The notes beneath the pieces were generated by a model that was not told the origin of the DNA, searched no databases, and worked only from the letters and a program-made list of their open reading frames with translations. A program made the translations under genes and the position numbers. A stretch of DNA of 33,320 nt from a bacterium (lineage in GTDB: Bacteria > Zhuqueibacterota > Zhuqueibacteria > Oceanimicrobiales > Oceanimicrobiaceae): NCBI GenBank assembly GCA_046757165.1, contig JBHHXT010000037.1, positions 1 to 33,320 on the forward strand, read 5' to 3'. Below are positions 27,185-33,320 of this stretch, one piece after another (position 1 is the stretch's first letter; each line of letters starts with the position of its first letter).

Positions 27185-28181
27185 TGTAGTTGAAGTTGAT
27201 CAGGGTTGCGCCATAATCGCTGTACTGGCAGGTCTGGCACAAAGGCAGCTCCCGCGTTTTAATCTGCTCGCGGACTTGCTTCATTTTGTTGCTCTGCAGG
27301 ATATTCAGGAGGCCGCCGTCTTTGTTGACGTTTGCAAATACGTGCTCGCCACTGGAATCGTAGCAGCAGGTAGTGACATCGCCGTTGGAGAGCACGACGC
27401 CGTTTTCGTACGCCCAACTGCAAACCGAATCTTCGATTTTCAATTGCAGATCTTCCTCTGCCACCACATACTTGCGGTATTTGTCGTTTTTCGGCAGCAG
27501 CTTCCGGGCAATTTTCTTGCGAATGTTGCCGTCGATCCACGTGCCCAGAGAGACGTTTTTCAACGCCAGCTGATCGACCTGCATCTTCTCGGCCATATCG
27601 ATGATGTCTTCGATTTCATGCTCGTTGTAGCTGAACACCAGGTACTGCAATCGAATAAACGGCCATTTGCGCCCCAGTTTGCGCTTGCTCTGCGCCAGAC
27701 GGTTGATGCCCTCCACGACTTTTTCGAACTCGCTGCCGATGCGGTACCGTTCATGGGTCTCCTTGCTGGCGCCATCGAGACAAACGATGATCCGCTCCAG
27801 GTTGGACCAGAAGATCTTTTCGATGTGCTCCTCTTCGAGAAAGGTCGAATTGGTGCTCACTCTGATCTTGATTCCCCGGTCCGAGGCGTACTTGACCATG
27901 TCGAAAAAGTCAGGATTCAGAAACGGTTCGCCAAAGTTCCAGAAATCGATTTTCTTGGCGTGGCCGACGAGACCATCGATCACCTCCCTGAACGTGTGCA
28001 TCTCCATGTGCCCGACGTTACGATGCAAATGGGCCGGGACCGGACACAGCGGACATTTCAGGTTGCACAGACTGGTCGACTCGACCATGAATTTGTTGGA
28101 GTACAACCCTGCTTCATTGGGCACCTGGCTCATGGTCCGCAAGCCCTTCTCTGCATGAACTTCTTCTTTGGTAACAGTCAT
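27138..28181 (-). CDS. Radical SAM protein with SPASM/Twitch domain
   Basis: CNLKCPLC, GEPFLN, STN, LDG; C-terminal CSWAY...NGDVTTCCYD...CQTC; GAGGAG RBS. Confidence 0.93.
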   Translation of the reverse strand: MTVTKEEVHAEKGLRTMSQVPNEAGLYSNKFMVESTSLCNLKCPLCPVPAHLHRNVGHMEMHTFREVIDGLVGHAKKIDFWNFGEPFLNPDFFDMVKYASDRGIKIRVSTNSTFLEEEHIEKIFWSNLERIIVCLDGASKETHERYRIGSEFEKVVEGINRLAQSKRKLGRKWPFIRLQYLVFSYNEHEIEDIIDMAEKMQVDQLALKNVSLGTWIDGNIRKKIARKLLPKNDKYRKYVVAEEDLQLKIEDSVCSWAYENGVVLSNGDVTTCCYDSSGEHVFANVNKDGGLLNILQSNKMKQVREQIKTRELPLCQTCQYSDYGATLINFNYNGNGNGNGKNGNGKK

Positions 28182-28241
28182 ATCAATTCTCCTCTACGAT
28201 TCTAAGAAAGTCCTTCTTCTGCCAAGTCAGGCAATTGAGCC

Positions 28242-28270
28242 TTGACTTTTCAGAAAACTTTTCTTAACTT
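28242..28270 (+). promoter_or_regulatory. Sigma70-type promoter antisense to the locus
   Basis: TTGACT-N17-TAACTT, same hexamers as the promoter at 7974-8002. Confidence 0.6.
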
Positions 28271-28276
28271 CTTGAA

Positions 28277-28433
28277 ACCTTGAATGGCAGGAAAACACGA
28301 CGGCCCCAAAGCCGCGCGAGCTTTCCACAGCTTTTTGTTTCCGGCTACCACCAGAACAAAAAGATCGTTTTCAAGGATTTAAGGCGGTTGGTGAACGTTT
28401 TGACCGGCGATCTCAACCGCTTTTTTGTTTTTT
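28277..28433 (+). ncRNA. Candidate ~155-nt sRNA (or 32-aa sORF 28284-28382)
   Basis: Promoter upstream, hairpin CTTTTTGTT/AACAAAAAG, terminal AGGCGGTTG/CAACCGCTT stem with long T tract. Confidence 0.45.
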
Positions 28434-28504
28434 GTTAAACTTGCCTCCTTTCTTTGACAGGTTCTCGAGTTTCGCGAAACAGGGTTTTCAGTGGAACGGT
28501 TAAT

Positions 28505-29860
28505 TCAAGCCTGACCCAACACGGTTTGCAGCCGTGCTTTACGTTGGCCCAAATAGTGCTGAGCGAGATTCAAGTAGAATTCCACTTTTTCGCCGGCATT
28601 TTTCTCCAGTTGCCGCAAAACTTTGTACGCCCGGCGGCAGAGCAAAGCAGTGGCTATCTGTGAGTTGAGCGCCTCATCTGAAACCTCCCAGGACACGAAT
28701 TCACGATATAACGATGTAAAAAGCCCGATGACCTGCTCGATTTCGCTGGTCGAGAAGTATTCTTGAGCGGCCAAACGATGCAATCCGGCGATAAAATGTG
28801 CCACATCGTAGAGTGGGTCTCCAAGGCTGACCGAATCAAAATCCACCATGACAACTTTCCCAGGCTCAAACAGGAGTTGTGAGTCGTTAAAATCACCATG
28901 GATTGTCGTTTGCATGGACGGATTCCAAAAACGCTCCGAGCCGCGCAGACGAGCCAACAGACGTTCGATGCGCGGTTGTATCCGCGGATAGAGATGCGTT
29001 AACAGCTTCGTGCGTCCCAGCAGCTTATTAAAGCTCTCTTCTCGAGTATACTCAGGCAAATCCTCCAATTTCGAGCGATGCAAATCTGCCAGCGCCCTGG
29101 CCGTCATCACGCAAGCGCGAGACAAACCTTTGGCTCGCGCAAACTGTAGAAAGGAAGACCCGTTCGTCCAGCGCTGCCAGAGCACTTTGCGCCGGTCATC
29201 GTAAGCAAGCGGCTCAACGACGCCGAAGGCCTTCGGCTGTGCCAGGGTCTGCTGCCAAAGCCGCTGCATCACAGAATACACTCTGGCGCCCCGGTCGTCG
29301 CCGTAAGTTTTGCCGAAAACTTTCGTGCACTTTCCGGAAGGCCCGTGGTTCATTTCGACGACAAGCGCACAATGCCTGCGCGGCACATAATTCAGCGGCT
29401 CGACGCTCAACTCACGACGGTGCCCGCTGCCATTGCTGTCGAATATGCGCAGGTCGGTCAGAATCTTTTCGATGTCGTCGGCAGCTGTCAACTCTGCCAG
29501 GCTCTCGAGTTTGGGGTCGTGCGGGAATCGCCAAACATACATGCCCAGCGCCGGCAGCAGGTCCGCCCCTTTGGCTTTCAGCCGTGCTTGCTTTTTCGCA
29601 GCATTTCCGGGGCTTTCGATGCGCGTGTACAAAATTTGCGCCCGGGGCAGACTGGCAAAATCGAGCGCATAGGTCACGATACAGCGCTTGCCGGGCTTGT
29701 AGCGTTTGCCAATGATCGTGCACGCGTTCAGCTCGCCGCTGCCACTGCTCATTTCACGGCTAAAGTGCTCCCGAAAGAAATCCAGCATGAAGGTTTCATC
29801 GAGAACCCACGGGAGTTGTGGCAGTCTCGAGTCTATGATGTTGTTGCTTCGTGTTTCCAT
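28505..29860 (-). CDS. APH/choline-kinase-like phosphotransferase
   Basis: RYKPGKRC, FPHDPKL, NYVPRRHC, FGKTY, HGDFNDSQLL, DFD, GDPLYDVA; start uncertain (29860 or 29920). Confidence 0.88.
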   Translation of the reverse strand: METRSNNIIDSRLPQLPWVLDETFMLDFFREHFSREMSSGSGELNACTIIGKRYKPGKRCIVTYALDFASLPRAQILYTRIESPGNAAKKQARLKAKGADLLPALGMYVWRFPHDPKLESLAELTAADDIEKILTDLRIFDSNGSGHRRELSVEPLNYVPRRHCALVVEMNHGPSGKCTKVFGKTYGDDRGARVYSVMQRLWQQTLAQPKAFGVVEPLAYDDRRKVLWQRWTNGSSFLQFARAKGLSRACVMTARALADLHRSKLEDLPEYTREESFNKLLGRTKLLTHLYPRIQPRIERLLARLRGSERFWNPSMQTTIHGDFNDSQLLFEPGKVVMVDFDSVSLGDPLYDVAHFIAGLHRLAAQEYFSTSEIEQVIGLFTSLYREFVSWEVSDEALNSQIATALLCRRAYKVLRQLEKNAGEKVEFYLNLAQHYLGQRKARLQTVLGQA

Positions 29861-29950
29861 TATTCGCAATGCACCTTGATTTTTTCTGACGCTGTTTCTC
29901 TCTGATTCCCTCAGATACAAAATAAAAACATGGGCCCTTTATCTGAGAAA

Positions 29951-31711
29951 TTACCCGCTGAAGCCAGGATGACAAACCTGCTGCAGACGAGACGGTTGCA
30001 GCTCACTGATCTCCCCCCTCTCCAAGCAGTAGATCTTGTCCATTTCGAGCGCCAATTGATGTTGATGCGAGATCAGGATCGTCGTCTTGTTTCGGGTCAG
30101 GATTCTTAGCTGGTCCCAGACTTCTGCCTCAGTGGCGGGGTCCAAACCTGTCGTGGGTTCGTCCAGGACAATAATTTGAGCATCCCTGAGAATCGCCCGC
30201 GCGATGGCGAGTCTCTGTCTCTGGCCGCCCGACAAAGTCGCCCCACGTTCACCCACAATCGTTTCATACCCTTGCGGCAAACGGCAAACAAAATCATGAA
30301 TCCTGGCGAGTTTGGCCGCAGCCACAATTTCCTCCCGAGTGGCGTCCAGCCGGCCATAGGCGATATTCTCGCGGATAGACGTTCGAAAGAGCAAGGTTTG
30401 CTGCAGCACAAAGCTCAACTGCCCGCGAATCGAATCCGCGGTAAACGCGCCAAGATCATGCCCATCGATCAGAATTCGACCAGCGGTCGGGTCGTACAGT
30501 TTCGCGAGCAAGCTGACCAATGTGGATTTCCCGGAACCGGTGGGGCCAACTATGGCCACTTTTTCGCCGGCCGCAATCTCGAGGGTGAGGTCGTTCAATA
30601 CAGGAACATCCCCGTCATAAGCAAAATGAACGTGTTGAAATGCAATGTTGCCTCGAAGTTTGGGTGCGATGCGTGACGTCTGGCTGTCGCTTTGAGGTTC
30701 CGTCTGCAAGAGTTCGGCAATTTTCTCCCAGTGGACTTGTCCCCGCACCAGCCGGCGGAGCTGTCTGGAGAAATCTTTGAGCGGTTTGTAAAACGCCCGC
30801 AGATAGGAGAGAAACACCCAGAGGTCCCCGGGCGTGAGCACGCCAGCCTTAACGCGAATGACGCCAAAGCAAATCACCACCACCACTCCGAAGGCGGTCA
30901 CCACCTGCACGACGGGCATAAACTTGGCTTCCACGTTGGAGGCATTCAGAGCCGCCTCGAGATTGGCTTCACTCTCATGTTCAAAAAGCTCATCGGTAAA
31001 CTTTTCCCGGCTGTATGTTTTGACGGTCTCGATGGACGAAAACGTCTCCTGAGCGATGGAAGCGAGATTTCCCTCCCGGTGCCGCCGGGTGCGAGCGGCC
31101 CGTTTTATTTTCCGGGTGAAAATCATGGTGATGTAAAAAAGCAGCGGCGCCAGAATCAAGGCGACCAACATCATCTGCCAATCCATCCAAAACATGATCG
31201 CGGCCATCCCCAGGATCAGAAGCGTGCCTTTCAGCAATCCGGACAGGCTTTCGGAAAAGACGCCTTCCAGGAAGCTCGTATCGTTGGTGATGCGCTTGAC
31301 CACCTCTCCGGTGCGGAGGCTGTAATGAAACTGCAAACTCAGCCGCTGGACGTGCGAAAACAACCGGGAGCGCAGCCGGGTGATAATTTCACCGCCGGTC
31401 TTCTTCTGCAAATAAGTGGAATGATAGGTGATAACGCCATCCGCCACCGCGATCAAAAGAATGGCCGCAGCGATAAAAGCAAGAAAAGCCGGGACCGAGT
31501 CCGTCAAAACTGCTGGCAAAGCCAAACCCACGCCGCCGCGGCCGGGCTGACCTTCCACAAGATAGTCGATGACGAATTTCAGCGGCCAGGGTTTGAGTAA
31601 TTCGGCCAGGATGGCTCCCAAAGTCAGAAAAAAGATCGACCCGAAGGCGCGTCGATGGGCCTCGAGATTCTCTGCAACAAATGCAAACGTGTACTTTCGT
31701 GATTTGCTCAT
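29951..31711 (-). CDS. ABC exporter, fused permease/ATPase (MsbA-like)
   Basis: 6-TM domain (LLKPWPLK); GPTGSGKS, LSGGQRQR, IIVLDE, SH. Confidence 0.95.
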   Translation of the reverse strand: MSKSRKYTFAFVAENLEAHRRAFGSIFFLTLGAILAELLKPWPLKFVIDYLVEGQPGRGGVGLALPAVLTDSVPAFLAFIAAAILLIAVADGVITYHSTYLQKKTGGEIITRLRSRLFSHVQRLSLQFHYSLRTGEVVKRITNDTSFLEGVFSESLSGLLKGTLLILGMAAIMFWMDWQMMLVALILAPLLFYITMIFTRKIKRAARTRRHREGNLASIAQETFSSIETVKTYSREKFTDELFEHESEANLEAALNASNVEAKFMPVVQVVTAFGVVVVICFGVIRVKAGVLTPGDLWVFLSYLRAFYKPLKDFSRQLRRLVRGQVHWEKIAELLQTEPQSDSQTSRIAPKLRGNIAFQHVHFAYDGDVPVLNDLTLEIAAGEKVAIVGPTGSGKSTLVSLLAKLYDPTAGRILIDGHDLGAFTADSIRGQLSFVLQQTLLFRTSIRENIAYGRLDATREEIVAAAKLARIHDFVCRLPQGYETIVGERGATLSGGQRQRLAIARAILRDAQIIVLDEPTTGLDPATEAEVWDQLRILTRNKTTILISHQHQLALEMDKIYCLERGEISELQPSRLQQVCHPGFSG

Positions 31712-33112
31712 CTATTCAACCCCGGCCGGTTCTCCAGAATCCAGGATTTGCTCGCACAACGCTAACATCGCGTAGGCTCGCTCCATCCACCCCGCTTTGA
31801 CCGGACGCAGAATGCACTGAAAATAGGCACACCACAGACAGCTCAGGGCGCAGTACGTGGGGATCACCGCACGCAGCTCCTCAGAGCACCCGTGGATGTA
31901 CGTTTTCAGAAACGCCCGAACCCCGTGGTCCAAAGCGGTGTGATTTTGGTAGCGCTTCAAGGCAAGCAATTTCAGTTGGGCATAAAAGGACCCGACATCG
32001 ATTGCCGGATTGCCCATCAGACAATTCTCGAAATCGAGCAAGCTCAGACGCTGACCGTCGACCAAAATGTTGGCGACGTGAAAATCGCCATGAACCAGCT
32101 TTGGCTTGAGCCGGTTTTGCCCGAGCAACCTCATTTCCAGAGTAAAAATCGAATTCCGGATCCGGTTCCACTCGTCAGGTCGGCTTTGACCAAAATCTTG
32201 CCCCCACGCCTTCAGCTCCAGCAATTCATCCGACAAACTTTTGGTCTCATTCAATAGAACCGGAGTTTCATGAAAGTCCAGCAAGCCGCGGGCAACCCGC
32301 CGACACAGGTCCGGGAAGGTTTTCCTGCCGCAGACGTACGAGAGCTGTGTGCCGGGCAGAGCGCTGAGCAATTCCAACCGGAACTCCGGAACGAGACCCA
32401 GGGGTGTGGGAATTTGAAAAACCGAATTGTACCACGCCTGGTGGATGGTTTCCAGGTTGGCATACACCCGCTTCACTTTGCGAAAGACTTTGCCATAGAC
32501 ACTCTGCGTCGGGGTGCGGGGCTCCCGCGAGTCCTGCCAATGAAGCTGATACCGGAGCAAGCATTTGCGTTCAGGCTTATACTGAACGACCGCAACGTCA
32601 ACGTGCGTCAACTTCCCCGCCTCATCGCCGCAAATATGCTCCAACACCGGCTTCATCACCTCCGAATCGGTGGCAGGGATCAAAAAGGGCAGGCGGCGAT
32701 CGGCCGGAAATATTTGCACCAGCATCCCAAGAGCCGGGGAGTACACGGCAGCTTTCTGAAACACGCTCAAGATTTTGTTTTTCTGAATATCTAGAAGAAA
32801 CTGGCGGTTCATCTTCTCTTGCCATTCTTTTCCCGCTTTCGGTGACATCGTACGGGCAAAGAAGTAGTAGGGGCGCCTTTGAGAACCCGGCGATTCAGCC
32901 TGATACAAAAGCCTGAGACCCTCGAGCGGATTATTCTTCATCCAGATGAGTTTGAGGTTTTCAAGCACCAATTTTCCTGAGACAAGGTGTTGAAGAAAGC
33001 CCTGCATTACCTGTAGCTCGGGGGTCACATTTGTCAACTGCAGCGTGGGGTCTACCAAGATGAGCTCCTCATAAGGATTGGGTTCACGAGCGTCCTGAGA
33101 TGTGTGTGTCAT
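31712..33112 (-). CDS. APH/choline-kinase-like phosphotransferase
   Basis: FPADRRLP, QYKPERKC, YGKVF, HGDFHVANIL, DFE, GNPAIDVG; GGAGG RBS. Confidence 0.9.
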   Translation of the reverse strand: MTHTSQDAREPNPYEELILVDPTLQLTNVTPELQVMQGFLQHLVSGKLVLENLKLIWMKNNPLEGLRLLYQAESPGSQRRPYYFFARTMSPKAGKEWQEKMNRQFLLDIQKNKILSVFQKAAVYSPALGMLVQIFPADRRLPFLIPATDSEVMKPVLEHICGDEAGKLTHVDVAVVQYKPERKCLLRYQLHWQDSREPRTPTQSVYGKVFRKVKRVYANLETIHQAWYNSVFQIPTPLGLVPEFRLELLSALPGTQLSYVCGRKTFPDLCRRVARGLLDFHETPVLLNETKSLSDELLELKAWGQDFGQSRPDEWNRIRNSIFTLEMRLLGQNRLKPKLVHGDFHVANILVDGQRLSLLDFENCLMGNPAIDVGSFYAQLKLLALKRYQNHTALDHGVRAFLKTYIHGCSEELRAVIPTYCALSCLWCAYFQCILRPVKAGWMERAYAMLALCEQILDSGEPAGVE

Positions 33113-33142
33113 GCCCTCCTTCCTGACCAGGCGCGATTCAAT

Positions 33143-33320
33143 TTACTGCAACAAATTCTTCAGACGTGCGACGTTGGACTGCAAATTGAAATTTCGCTGC
33201 ACGGTTTTCGTCCCATTGACACCGAGATAGCGGTAGTCATCCGGGTTCAGCAAAATCTCTTGCAACGCCTCGGCCAACGCGCGTGGATTTCTGGCAGGCA
33301 CCAGGAAACCGTTTTCCGCA
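33143..33320 (-). CDS. C-terminal part of a GT4-family glycosyltransferase (partial)
   Basis: Reads ...ENGFLVPARNPRALAEALQEILLNP...LG.NG...VQRNFN...LLQ*; stop at 33143-33145. Confidence 0.85.
   Translation of the reverse strand, partial: AENGFLVPARNPRALAEALQEILLNPDDYRYLGVNGTKTVQRNFNLQSNVARLKNLLQ

Noticed and set aside
25100..28205. Long plus-strand ORFs 25100-25963, 26018-27133, 27111-28205
   Set aside because: Antisense shadows of the epimerase, RtcB-like and rSAM genes
28284..28382. sORF as RiPP precursor for the radical SAM enzyme
   Set aside because: Opposite strand, no RBS, no leader/core pattern, and no RRE in the enzyme
28505..33112. Aminoglycoside resistance genes
   Set aside because: About 450-470 aa with a long N-terminal extension and embedded among GTs; biosynthetic APH-like kinases are more plausible
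600..33320. Prophage or genomic island integrated at the tmRNA 3' end
   Set aside because: No integrase and no duplicated tmRNA 3' end seen in the window

Overview
Bacterial chromosomal window, probably from an FCB-group or KSB1-like diderm; this is inferred only from the many lipoproteins and the tmRNA tag. The left part holds tmRNA, several lipoproteins, ugd, an FMN reductase and an M1 peptidase with a membrane partner. The middle (13.8-20.9 kb, minus strand) has a sigma54 activator with an atypical receiver, followed by a ZU5-like lipoprotein, a TPR protein, another lipoprotein and an S8 protease. Three of these genes have a -24/-12 promoter plus a shared GTAAC-N5-RTTAC palindrome about 100 bp upstream. 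The right part (21.1-33.3 kb, minus strand) is a glycan biosynthesis/export locus: GT4, two APH-like kinases, ABC exporter, epimerase, GT, deacetylase and AlgE-like porin. It also carries a radical SAM/SPASM gene overlapping a highly divergent RtcB-fold gene, the best candidate for a new system. Intergenic DNA contains a candidate sRNA, a MITE with a 6-bp TSD, a yidD-like remnant and many REP-like palindromes. Protein families were assigned by eye from motifs; no searches were run.
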